64,000 bases of DNA, taken from the NCBI GenBank assembly GCA_965116875.1, contig OZ220733.1, forward strand, positions 3,648,001-3,712,000. Direction: 5' to 3'. The stretch is from Candidatus Latescibacterota bacterium (GTDB lineage: Bacteria; Latescibacterota; UBA2968; GCA-2709665). The position numbers were made by a program, and so were the translations under genes. Numbering within the stretch: position 1 is the first letter of the stretch; each line of letters begins with the position of its first letter. Below are positions 8,127-17,121 of the stretch, in pieces. Under the pieces are notes generated by a model. It was not told the origin of the DNA and ran no database searches. It was given only the letters and a program-made list of their open reading frames with translations.

Positions 8127-10301
8127 TTACAGTGAACCTGTTCCGGAGGTTACGTATATCGGGCTTGTCCAGGCCTTGGCGCCGTCTGTCTGCGTTACCC
8201 GTACCCAGTAGGGGTGGCAGCCGTCCGGCAATTCGGACTCGCGGCAGGTGAAGCTGGCTTCGCTTCCGACGCCGCCGGGCGCCAGTTCGAAGACAACGGC
8301 AATGTCGATGCCACCCGCGGATATCCGAACGGGCCCTTTCGCGATTTCCCGGAGCGTAACCGCGTGGGAGACGACATCCGTTTGGAAGTCGATGGTTGCC
8401 TGCGGCGGGGCATCCACGGTGAGTATGACGCCGTCGGCGTCACCTGTTGTGACGGATTTCCAGGTCACGGAATGGTCCGAAACGGACTGGATGCCCTCCG
8501 AAGCCGAATCGAATGCGAATCCTTCGGCGCGTCGAATGCGGCCCTGCGCGAGGGTGAGGCCGCCGTCCCAGCGAACAAGGCGGTTGCGTGCGCGAATTCT
8601 CTGGCCCGACCAGGCAATGCGGACCCTGTCTTCCGCGCGGGGTATGGTTTCCGGGAACCTGTGTACGAGCTTCATACCTCTGAATACTTCAACACGCTCT
8701 ATCGGCGCGGTGCCGATCACGTCAACCGCGATTTCAGGAGGATCCAACGTTTTGAGGTCCGACCCCATCGGGTGTCCGTCGGCTGCGACGTTCACGAGGA
8801 TTCGCTGACCCGTGGTGCCATAGCAGCGCCGGGCTTTCAGCGCTTCCCAAAGTCCTCGCCGGCTGAGTTCGGCCGCAAATACGCAGGTGAGCCCCCCGTA
8901 GACGCCGAAGGAGCCGCTGCCGGGGTACGCGGCGCCCGGCCTGCCCTTGTGGTCGTCGCTTCCGGCGGTGAATCCCACCCGATAGCCGTTTTCGAGGGCC
9001 CATTTGAGGAACCATTCGAATTCGCCCCACTCGGAGTAGACTTCCACCAGGCGCTCGACTTCGGGGTCGTGCCAGTCCAGATTGGCGTACCGGCCCCCTA
9101 CGTGGGGAACGAGCAGGACGTCCGTTCCCTTCATCGCCTTGTAGAGATCGGATACGTGAAGGCAATCCGCATGGACGTCGGCCTTGTCCGGAATCAGCAC
9201 GTGGCTGGAGCGATGCAGGGGTCCGGTGTCGCCCGGGAAGTAGACGTTGCGATCGCCGCCGACGGGCGTGTTTCCGGACCATTCGTACCCGACGAAGGCG
9301 ACGAACCGTCCGGGGTCGTTCCGCGTATTCGCCTGGTGTTTGATTTCCTCCCAGACGGCTTCGGTAATCTGAAAATCATTTCCCTGATGCCCTGCGAAAT
9401 CGACAAAGGCGGACTCGCGAGCGAAGCGGAAGTATGAGGACACGGGGTTCGTTCCCACCGTTTCTTCGCTTTGCCCGTGCAGGTCGCCCCAGTACGGCCG
9501 GTATCCGGTACCGGATTCGACGCACCGCATCGGGTTGCTTTTCGCATTCAGGCCGAGAGCCCTGTCTTCGGCCCCGATGCGGAAAATGCCGCGCCGGGGG
9601 GCGACGACGTTTTCAAACCGACGGGTTCCCGCGTCCTCGGGGCGAAAACGAAATGCCTCGGGGAGTCCCGACAGACCGCCGGCATCCACCGCGACTTCGC
9701 CCGTGTAGTCACGGCAAGGATTCCCCCACACGTCCTCCGCCTTAATTCCAACCCAGGCGCACTCGCCGGGCGCAGTCTCCGAAGCGCAGACGGCGACAAG
9801 CTTGTGGGGCGCGCCGCTGACGATGGTCACAGCGGGAGACGGGACCTCCTCGTAGACCCAGGTTCCGCACCAGTCGACCGCAACCCGGAATTCGAACCGC
9901 TCCTTGCAGAAGGTCTGCGCGCGGATCCCGGGAGAGCCTCCGGAGGTGTCTCCCAGCGTGAGGGTAACCGTGTCGCCTTCGGAAAGAGAGTCGTCGAAGA
10001 CATCGATGGTGACGCACAGCCGCCACGGGCGCACGTAGCGCTGTTTTTCGAAGGCGGGTCGGAGCGACGCGGGTCCCGACGTGGATACGGAGGCGTATCC
10101 GGGGGCATCGGGCTCGACGAACTGCGGCGCCTGCCAATCGCTTACGTCACGCCAGGCGATTTTTATGACGCCGCCGTCGTCCACGCCGTACCTGCCGGCG
10201 TGGTAGACGATGCGCCACGTTCCGGTGGCCCCCGCAGTGACCGGTCCCGCGGGGTTGATCTCTGCCCACCCGTAACGCTCGCGAGTTTCCGCGTCGGCCA
10301 T
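8127..10301 (-). CDS. DUF3604-like protein (PHP-fold putative metallohydrolase)
   Basis: WGDLHGQSE, GYEWS, GDRNVY, PHVGG, EVYSEWG, GSDDHKGRPG, ALKARRCYGTTG, AWTSPI. Confidence 0.75.
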   Translation of the reverse strand: MADAETRERYGWAEINPAGPVTAGATGTWRIVYHAGRYGVDDGGVIKIAWRDVSDWQAPQFVEPDAPGYASVSTSGPASLRPAFEKQRYVRPWRLCVTIDVFDDSLSEGDTVTLTLGDTSGGSPGIRAQTFCKERFEFRVAVDWCGTWVYEEVPSPAVTIVSGAPHKLVAVCASETAPGECAWVGIKAEDVWGNPCRDYTGEVAVDAGGLSGLPEAFRFRPEDAGTRRFENVVAPRRGIFRIGAEDRALGLNAKSNPMRCVESGTGYRPYWGDLHGQSEETVGTNPVSSYFRFARESAFVDFAGHQGNDFQITEAVWEEIKHQANTRNDPGRFVAFVGYEWSGNTPVGGDRNVYFPGDTGPLHRSSHVLIPDKADVHADCLHVSDLYKAMKGTDVLLVPHVGGRYANLDWHDPEVERLVEVYSEWGEFEWFLKWALENGYRVGFTAGSDDHKGRPGAAYPGSGSFGVYGGLTCVFAAELSRRGLWEALKARRCYGTTGQRILVNVAADGHPMGSDLKTLDPPEIAVDVIGTAPIERVEVFRGMKLVHRFPETIPRAEDRVRIAWSGQRIRARNRLVRWDGGLTLAQGRIRRAEGFAFDSASEGIQSVSDHSVTWKSVTTGDADGVILTVDAPPQATIDFQTDVVSHAVTLREIAKGPVRISAGGIDIAVVFELAPGGVGSEASFTCRESELPDGCHPYWVRVTQTDGAKAWTSPIYVTSGTGSL

Positions 10302-10491
10302 TTCAACTTCCCTTCAGGTTTCGTTTGACAGCGACTGCCCCGGGTATTCTGATTGAACGGCAGCGCGTGGGGGGCCTGAGTTTCCGCGAGGCGTTTCCTT
10401 TCTGCAGGAAAGGAGTTGGGCGAATTTAAGATATGGGTTATTCGACGTGGGACAAGTGAAATCATGGCAGGGATTCACGCGCCCTTTCCGC

Positions 10492-10520
10492 TTGACCCGA
10501 TGTGGCTTTCAGGTTAACTT
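10492..10520 (+). promoter_or_regulatory. Sigma70-type promoter for glutaredoxin-rarA
   Basis: TTGACC-N17-TAACTT. Confidence 0.5.
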
Positions 10521-10579
10521 TTCGGCGGTTTTCGCGTTCATTCCATTCCCTTCGCCCCGCATGCCGCCGGTCGGTTCCG

Positions 10580-10864
10580 ATGTCCGAACCCCTCCCCGTG
10601 GTCAGGCTTTTCTCCAGGAACGACTGCCATCTGTGCGACGTCGCGAAAGGGCGCATCCAGTCCGCCGGGCGGCGGGTCCCGTTTCGGCTTGAGACCGTCG
10701 ATATAGACGGTGACGCCGAGCTGGCTGCGCGATACAACGACCGGGTCCCGGTCGTACACGTAAACGGGGAAGAAGTGTTCGCGTACCGTGTAAACGAGAG
10801 GGCCCTGGTGCGAATGCTGAAATCGCTGTCGGAACGGACGGGGAGAGGATATGGACGGGGATGA
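10580..10864 (+). CDS. Glutaredoxin-like protein (DUF836 type)
   Basis: FSRNDCHLCDVAK CxxC and RVPVV; start moved to ATG 10580; overlaps rarA start. Confidence 0.85.
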   Translation: MSEPLPVVRLFSRNDCHLCDVAKGRIQSAGRRVPFRLETVDIDGDAELAARYNDRVPVVHVNGEEVFAYRVNERALVRMLKSLSERTGRGYGRG

Positions 10865-12191
10865 CCTGTTCGCCGCTCTTGAGCCTGAGGCGCCGCTTGC
10901 GGACCGGATGAGACCGCGCAACCTGGATGAAGTGCGGGGGCAGGATCACCTTACCGCGCCGGAAGCGCCGTTTCGCAAGCTGATCGAGAGCGACCGGGCG
11001 CCGTCGATGATCTTCTGGGGACCGCCGGGTTCGGGCAAGACCACGCTGGCGCGCCTCGTGGCCGAGTCCACGAAGAGCCGTTTCGTGGCTTTCAGCGCGG
11101 TCACCTCCGGAGTGAAAGTGGTGAGGGAAATCGTCGCGCGCGCAAGAGGGGACCGCCGGAACGGGCGGCGGACCATCCTGTTCATAGACGAGATCCACCG
11201 GTTCAATCGCGCACAGCAGGATGCGTTTCTGCCGCACGTCGAAGACGGCACCATCAGTCTGATCGGGGCCACGACGGAGAATCCATCATTCGAAGTGAAC
11301 GCGGCATTGCTGTCTCGGACGCAGGTGTTCGTGCTGAATCTGCTGGATGTCCCTTCGATATGCGAAATCCTGAATGCCGCGCTCGCGGGAGGCGCGCGCG
11401 GATTGCCGGGTCTGGCCGCCGACAGCGATGCCCTGGAGACGATTGCGAGCGCATCGGAGGGCGACGCCCGGCGCGCGCTCAATGTGCTGGAAACCGTCTG
11501 GGCGTCATTGGAAAACGGCGCGAGGGTGACCGCGGAGTCCGTCAAGGCGGCGATGGGCGGCAAAGCGCTGCTCTACGACAAGAGCGGCGAGGAACACTAT
11601 AACCTGATTTCGGCGCTTCACAAGACCTTGAGGGACAGCGATCCGCATGCATCGCTGTATTGGCTGGCGCGCATGCTTGAATCGGGCGAACACCCGCACT
11701 ATATCCTCCGCCGCATGGTCCGGTTTGCTTCGGAGGATATCGGGAACGCGGATCCGCGGGCGCTTTCAATTACGCTGGCCGCGAAGGAAGCATACGATTT
11801 TCTGGGCAGTCCCGAGGGCGACCTGGCCATTGCGCACGCGGTCGTGTACATGGCCACGGCGCCCAAGAGCAATTCGGTCTACGCGGCTTATGGTGCGGCG
11901 CAAAAGGACGTCAGGGAGCATCCGAACCTGCCTGTGCCGATGCATCTCAGAAACGCGCCGACGGGCCTGATGCAGGAACTGGGATACGGGCGGGGTTATC
12001 AGTACGCGCACGACGACCCGGATGGGGTGGTGTCGCAGAGCCATTTGCCGGAGAATCTGGAGGGACGGGTCTATTATCGTCCGTCCGATCGGGGCTACGA
12101 GCAGAGGATCCGGGAACTGATGGACTGGTGGGAAGCGCTGAGAAGGCGGAAATCCCGGTTGAAAAGCGCACCGGATGAGGATTCACATTGA
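10851..12191 (+). CDS. rarA: Replication-associated recombination protein A (MgsA/RarA)
   Basis: PLADRMRP, WGPPGSGKTT, DEIHRFN, GATTENPSF, YDKSGEEHYNLISALHK, ASEDIGNADP. Confidence 0.96.
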   Translation: MDGDDLFAALEPEAPLADRMRPRNLDEVRGQDHLTAPEAPFRKLIESDRAPSMIFWGPPGSGKTTLARLVAESTKSRFVAFSAVTSGVKVVREIVARARGDRRNGRRTILFIDEIHRFNRAQQDAFLPHVEDGTISLIGATTENPSFEVNAALLSRTQVFVLNLLDVPSICEILNAALAGGARGLPGLAADSDALETIASASEGDARRALNVLETVWASLENGARVTAESVKAAMGGKALLYDKSGEEHYNLISALHKTLRDSDPHASLYWLARMLESGEHPHYILRRMVRFASEDIGNADPRALSITLAAKEAYDFLGSPEGDLAIAHAVVYMATAPKSNSVYAAYGAAQKDVREHPNLPVPMHLRNAPTGLMQELGYGRGYQYAHDDPDGVVSQSHLPENLEGRVYYRPSDRGYEQRIRELMDWWEALRRRKSRLKSAPDEDSH

Positions 12192-12217
12192 AAAGTGCAT
12201 CCACTATTGTGTATATT
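12188..12217 (+). promoter_or_regulatory. Sigma70-type promoter
   Basis: TTGAAA-N18-TATATT overlapping the rarA stop. Confidence 0.5.
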
Positions 12218-12317
12218 GTGGAGGACCATTGTGTACACTTCGGCTTCGGTCGGCTGGGTGCGGAATCTTCACATTTCCAACGATTGATCTGAATTGTCGA
12301 GAGAAGGGAGGCGCAAC

Positions 12318-12371
12318 ATGAGGCTGAACGGAATCTTCCACGTAATCTATCCGCCTCCAGAGGGTTTCTGA
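12318..12371 (+). CDS. Putative 17-aa leader peptide MRLNGIFHVIYPPPEGF
   Basis: Strong RBS AAGGGAGG just upstream of ATG; too short for the ORF track. Confidence 0.5.
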   Translation: MRLNGIFHVIYPPPEGF

Positions 12372-12416
12372 CGGATTCGCAGTCGTACACGTTGCAACTC
12401 GATCGCCCCTCCGGAG

Positions 12417-12450
12417 CCGCGGGTAGGGATTTTCCCCGCGGTATTTTTCT
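12417..12450 (+). terminator. Terminator/attenuator hairpin
   Basis: CCGCGGG...CCCGCGG followed by TATTTTTCT, upstream of the 12497 CDS. Confidence 0.55.
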
Positions 12451-12496
12451 GCCCGCATGTGCGGGCTGTCGTTATTCGGAGGTGACGATCGGTTTT

Positions 12497-12889
12497 ATGT
12501 ACAATTCTGATTTCTGGGAAATCCGGCTGAATCAGCGGGACATTGAGAAGATCCCGAACGAGAATGGAATCTGGTTTGAGTCGCGTGAAGACCGGCAGTT
12601 GCGATACGTGCGGGAAGACCGGGTTGCCGCAGTGGCTGTCCGGATTATCGAAGCGTTCCCGCATTGCCTTACGGACAGACAGCGGGAGGCGGCGCTGCTG
12701 TATTTCCGCCATGGGAAAACACAGCGAGAGATCGCGGAGATTATGGGGATCTCCCGCCGCGTGGTCAGCCAGCACCTGTTCGGCATTACGCGAGGGGGAC
12801 GGCAGGTGGGCGGCGCGATGCGCAAACTGAGGAAGTACTGTGACGAGGAGTCGCTGGGCCCGTGCGTGGGGAATTCCCGGTCGAAGTGA
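12497..12889 (+). CDS. Stand-alone sigma-70 region 4-like HTH protein
   Basis: LTDRQREAALLYFRHGKTQREIAEIMGISRRVVSQHL; GGAGG upstream; no sigma region 2. Confidence 0.75.
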   Translation: MYNSDFWEIRLNQRDIEKIPNENGIWFESREDRQLRYVREDRVAAVAVRIIEAFPHCLTDRQREAALLYFRHGKTQREIAEIMGISRRVVSQHLFGITRGGRQVGGAMRKLRKYCDEESLGPCVGNSRSK

Positions 12890-12900
12890 ACGTCGCCTGA

Positions 12901-12953
12901 CAGCCCGTTGAAAGAGCCCGACCGGCCCCGCCTTCAGGCGGTTTTGTCAACGG
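12901..12953. repeat. Degenerate MITE-end hairpin between convergent genes
   Basis: CAGCCCGTTGAAA...TTTGTCAACGG resembles the MITE terminal repeats. Confidence 0.55.
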
Positions 12954-12965
12954 AAAAACAAGCCG

Positions 12966-14168
12966 TCAGACCGCCCATTTCTTCATCTTCTCTTCGTCCA
13001 GCTCGACGCCCAGTCCCGGCTTTTCGAAAGGTAAGAGTGCGCCGTCTCTGTACCTGAACGGAGTCGTGGTGACGTCGTCCACCAGGAGGGCAGGCCCTAC
13101 CAGGTCCGACGGTACGGTTACGTTATCTGACGCAACGGCAAGGTGGACAAACGCGGCCGTGCCGGGCCCCATCTCCACGGTGCTGCCCAGCAATACGGGG
13201 ATCCCCGCCGTCTGTGCGAGGTGGATCAGGCGTTGACTGCGCAGAATGCCGCCTGCCTGGGAGGGGATGACGTTCATGACGTCCACTGCCCGGTGGCGTA
13301 CGAGGGCCGTGGAAAAACCATCGTCCATGTCGGCCACGTGTTCGATGATCTGAACGGAGGTCTGTTTCCGGACTCGGGCCAGGGAGCAGGCCGCTTCATC
13401 GGCGTTCTCATTGATCCGCTCGGGATTGTCGTTGGCCACGGCGCGGTTCACCGCGACCACCGGCGTCTCGCAAGCGTCGATGCCGGCGGCGGCCATGTCC
13501 CGGATCTTTCCCACGGCCTCGTCTTCCTCCCACGCGCCGCTGGCGTCGGCTTTGAGGTAGACGTCCGGACCCGCTACCTGGCGAAGGCGCGCGATGCGGT
13601 CCAGATCGCGCGGATGATCCTCGCCGACCTTGAGCTTGAAAGCACGAAGGCCACGTGAGACCATCGTACTGATTTCATCCTCAAGCGCATCGAGCTCATC
13701 GTGCAGCGAGACGCCCCGCCGCATATAGGCGACCCAGCAGACGTCGACGCGTTTCTGACGGCGCCCGCCCAGAAGTTCGTATAGGGGGGCGCCGTATTGT
13801 TTTCCGGCAAGGTCGAGCAGGGCGATCTCCACGCCGAACAGCGTGAGACCTCTGAGTTCCGGGTGGATGCCCGCGGGAAGTTCATCGGCGATGCGTGCGC
13901 CCAGGACGTTTCGATCGGCGACGTCGCCGCCTTTCAGCACCTGCAGGAGGAGACCGCGCAGGTCGTCGGCCCGGAGCGGATTCATCCGGTCGGCGATGTC
14001 CGGGACTTCTCCCAGCCCCACGCGGCCGGTGTCCGTGAAGAACTCGAGGATCTGGTATCGGGACCGGCTGAGGTCCTCCCCCGGCTGCAGGTTCTGCGGG
14101 TCCGCGGCATACGTGGTATAGATGCGCGGCACCGAGACTTCCCGCACCTGGACGTCGGTGATCTTCAT
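12966..14168 (-). CDS. Mandelate racemase/muconate lactonizing enzyme family protein
   Basis: MKITDV, GLGE, EIALLDLAGK..GAPLYELLGG, FKLKVG, KPGLGVELDE. Confidence 0.88.
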   Translation of the reverse strand: MKITDVQVREVSVPRIYTTYAADPQNLQPGEDLSRSRYQILEFFTDTGRVGLGEVPDIADRMNPLRADDLRGLLLQVLKGGDVADRNVLGARIADELPAGIHPELRGLTLFGVEIALLDLAGKQYGAPLYELLGGRRQKRVDVCWVAYMRRGVSLHDELDALEDEISTMVSRGLRAFKLKVGEDHPRDLDRIARLRQVAGPDVYLKADASGAWEEDEAVGKIRDMAAAGIDACETPVVAVNRAVANDNPERINENADEAACSLARVRKQTSVQIIEHVADMDDGFSTALVRHRAVDVMNVIPSQAGGILRSQRLIHLAQTAGIPVLLGSTVEMGPGTAAFVHLAVASDNVTVPSDLVGPALLVDDVTTTPFRYRDGALLPFEKPGLGVELDEEKMKKWAV

Positions 14169-14186
14169 GGATGCGGCCCTCGTGGT

Positions 14187-14525
14187 TCAGGCTGAACCCG
14201 TGATACCGAGCAGGTTACGTGTATAGGACAGGAGGCCGGCCGTGACGATGCTGGCGATGAGCAGCACGCCCGCGGGCATCAGTTTTCGGGTCCTGATGAA
14301 TCGACTCAGGGATATCCCGGTCAGCAGCAGGGAGAGCATCAGACCGATGAGCAGGCCCGTTGCCGGGTCCGTGCGTCCGGTCCACCAGGCGTACAGCGCG
14401 ACCAGGCCGCTGATGCCGCCCGCGGCGAGCGAAACCGAACTGTCCGATTTGAGTTTGCCCACGACGCCGCCGGCGATCAGCAGCAGGCCGTAGAGCGCCA
14501 GGACGGTTTGTGCGAGTTGGAGCAT
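14187..14525 (-). CDS. TMEM14 family small membrane protein
   Basis: YGLLLIAGGVVG, SxxSLAAG and RFIRTRKLMPAG pattern; 112 aa, hydrophobic. Confidence 0.8.
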   Translation of the reverse strand: MLQLAQTVLALYGLLLIAGGVVGKLKSDSSVSLAAGGISGLVALYAWWTGRTDPATGLLIGLMLSLLLTGISLSRFIRTRKLMPAGVLLIASIVTAGLLSYTRNLLGITGSA

Positions 14526-14551
14526 GGTTTACCTCCGGTTGCGAATGTCGA

Positions 14552-15556
14552 TCAACCCGTGCGGTATTGATCCACCGTGGCCATATCCAGCGACACCCCC
14601 AGACCCGGTCCTTCGGGCAGAATGAAGTGCCCGTCCTTTATGACAAGGGCCCCGTTCACGACGTCGGCCACGCGGGTGAACGGCAGTTCGTCGCAGGGCA
14701 GGGTCGCGTTTGGAATGGTCGCCTGGACGTGCACGGAATACGCGGCGAGGACGCCCAGGCACAGGCCGCCCATCTGCACCCAGCACGGGACGTCCGCGGC
14801 TTCCGCGATGGCCGCGGACTTCTTCACCTGCTGCGCCGGCCCACCCAGGTTGACGTAGTCGATGCACTCGGCCTTCAGCGCGTTCAGTACGCCTGCGGGA
14901 GGGCCCAGGTGCAACGCGATCGGGATGTGAGTCTTCTGGCGCAGGAGACGGTACCAATCCAGGTTGTTCTTGAGTACGGGATCTTCGAAGTTGGCGACGG
15001 TGCCGATGGGTTCCAGCTCTTCCGCAAGGCGGGCGGCGACGGTGGGGTGCCGAAACGCCGTGTTGGGATCCACGCCGACGGTGTATTCGGGCCCCGTGGC
15101 ATCCGCCATCAGCCTGACGGTTTCCACGATGTTCCAGGGCCGCGCCTTGAGCTTGTGGTTCGTGAAGCCCAGTCCGGCGCCGACCTCGGCCTCGGCCGCG
15201 GTCTCCTCGGGCTGCATGGCGCACGACCAGTAGGAGACGGGGATGCGGTCGCGGATCTTCTCCCCGAAAAATCGCCATAGGGGGATGCCGTAGGCCTGAC
15301 CGGCGACGTCCAGGAGCGCGCACGCGAAGGGGTCGGGTTCGGCGAACGGATCCAGGTTGAGTGGATCCCTACCTGTCAGCGCGGCGGCTCGTTCCGCAAA
15401 CTGGCTTGGCTCGCCCTGGCATTCGCCGATGCCCTCGAGACCGCCGTCGGTGTGGATGCGGCACAGCGTGATCGAATAGATCCTGGGATGGTACCTGGCA
15501 ATAACCGGTATGGGCGGGACTTCCACTTCGAAGAGTTCGATTTCGGTGATTTTCAC
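14552..15556 (-). CDS. Mandelate racemase/muconate lactonizing enzyme family protein
   Basis: GTG start with AAGGAGG, GTGA overlap with the upstream stop; GIGE, ALLDVAGQ, HKLKA, DPN, EDP, GPGLGVSLD. Confidence 0.87.
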   Translation of the reverse strand: MKITEIELFEVEVPPIPVIARYHPRIYSITLCRIHTDGGLEGIGECQGEPSQFAERAAALTGRDPLNLDPFAEPDPFACALLDVAGQAYGIPLWRFFGEKIRDRIPVSYWSCAMQPEETAAEAEVGAGLGFTNHKLKARPWNIVETVRLMADATGPEYTVGVDPNTAFRHPTVAARLAEELEPIGTVANFEDPVLKNNLDWYRLLRQKTHIPIALHLGPPAGVLNALKAECIDYVNLGGPAQQVKKSAAIAEAADVPCWVQMGGLCLGVLAAYSVHVQATIPNATLPCDELPFTRVADVVNGALVIKDGHFILPEGPGLGVSLDMATVDQYRTG

Positions 15557-17058
15557 TTCGAGCCTCCTTTGAGCAGGCACTGTCTGACGGCTGCGAGGCA
15601 GACCTCGACGACCGTGTCCGTATTCATGACAAGGGCGTGCACGTCGTCGCGGTTGCCGGACATTTCGATGAGGAAGGCGGCCGGCGTGCCGCGTTCGGCC
15701 GCGTAGGAGATGCAATAGGGCTCAGGGGGACGGAATTCAGTGATGCGGTCCATGTTTACCTGCTGGTACGCGCCCGCGTATGGCTTCTGGGTCAGATAAC
15801 GGTCCCTCAGACGTTCACGGACGTCCCCATGAATGGCGGCGAGCAGTTCGGCGTCTCCCCTGTGCGGCAGCATCATGATGTAGTCGGCGGTATGGAAGTC
15901 GATGACGCAAAGCGGCCGGCGCCTGTCGATGATGCCCTGGATGACCCGCGTCTCGCGCTCGGATGCGGCTTTCGTGCCCATGTAATTGTAATCCCAGGGC
16001 ATACGTACGTCCTGCGTGTAGTGAAATCCGTCCCAATTGCAATCGAAGTTGCGGTTCAGATCGACGCCCCGGGAGTTCTGGCGGGTGAAACGGTCGAACC
16101 CGCCCGGGTTCTGCACCGGCAGTATCTTGAAGTGCAGATCGCGGGTCTTCAGACCCTCCACGTCAGGATTCCGGGCCAGGATTTCCGCGAGGCGCAGCAG
16201 GCCGTACGCGTTCTCCCATTCCCAGCCATGAATGGCGGCGCCGAAGTACATGGTGGGCCTGGATTCATCGCCGACGTTCAGGGAAACCATCGGCCTGCCG
16301 TCGCTGGAGCGTCCCTCGTCCTCCAGAAAAAGGTCCGGATACCGTTCCACGGTGTCGAACATGAGATCGACGAATCCATCGTAGGAAAGTCGTTCCGGAT
16401 AGTGTTTGCCGTAACGAACGGCGTTGTTGACGATGTTACCCAGGAACAGATATTTGTTTGTGCTGCCCCAGGAATTGTACCACGGGCGTACCGGCGATGC
16501 AAGGTCCATGGCCACGATGCGTCCGTCTCCAACGCTTTCCTCCAGCATGACGGCGCCGCCGTTCAGGTTGGAAATGGCCAGTGCGGAAACGCTCCCGGAG
16601 TTCTCCAGGCCGAGGATCTGGCGCTGGAACATCTGGTTGGCATAGCTCTGATCGGGGGCGCTCGTGACGGTTCCGTACCACCACACGGTGTCGCCGGCGG
16701 AATAGCCCCGGGTCACGTCGTTCTCGATTTCGATTCGCATCTCCGGACGAATGCGGTCCTGCACGTGCGTCTTGCTGAAATGCAGGCCCCGGTTGCGGGC
16801 GTACTCGAAGAGACAGGAGATGACCTGACCCCCGGATTCCGCGAATTCGGTGACGGCGCCGTAGTCCAGACGGTGCAGATTGCGTCCGTCATTCACAGCG
16901 GTGATCACGAATTCATACCGGTTGAGTACGCCGGGGTCGCAGGGTTCGCTTCTGAAGTCCAGGCGTCTGACCCTGCCCGGATAGAGAATGTCCAGATCCG
17001 CCCCGATGGTTCCGCCGGAACCGTCGGAAAGCAGGAGGATGTTCTGACTGGATTGCAT
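15553..17058 (-). CDS. M14 zinc carboxypeptidase-like protein with extra N-terminal domain
   Basis: IHGWE (HxxE), NPGG, RQNSRGVDLNRNF, ERET, DFH, C-terminal FLIE. Confidence 0.8.
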   Translation of the reverse strand: MQSSQNILLLSDGSGGTIGADLDILYPGRVRRLDFRSEPCDPGVLNRYEFVITAVNDGRNLHRLDYGAVTEFAESGGQVISCLFEYARNRGLHFSKTHVQDRIRPEMRIEIENDVTRGYSAGDTVWWYGTVTSAPDQSYANQMFQRQILGLENSGSVSALAISNLNGGAVMLEESVGDGRIVAMDLASPVRPWYNSWGSTNKYLFLGNIVNNAVRYGKHYPERLSYDGFVDLMFDTVERYPDLFLEDEGRSSDGRPMVSLNVGDESRPTMYFGAAIHGWEWENAYGLLRLAEILARNPDVEGLKTRDLHFKILPVQNPGGFDRFTRQNSRGVDLNRNFDCNWDGFHYTQDVRMPWDYNYMGTKAASERETRVIQGIIDRRRPLCVIDFHTADYIMMLPHRGDAELLAAIHGDVRERLRDRYLTQKPYAGAYQQVNMDRITEFRPPEPYCISYAAERGTPAAFLIEMSGNRDDVHALVMNTDTVVEVCLAAVRQCLLKGGSK

Positions 17059-17121
17059 AGTGCCGCCTGTCCACGGCGCTCTCAATTCCGTGCGAAGCGT
17101 GGACCCGTGACGACCGATCGG

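Noticed and set aside
14552-15715. ORF-track start of the enolase-family gene at 15715
   Set aside because: It overlaps the M14 gene; GTG 15556 has an AAGGAGG SD and the family-typical MKITEI start.
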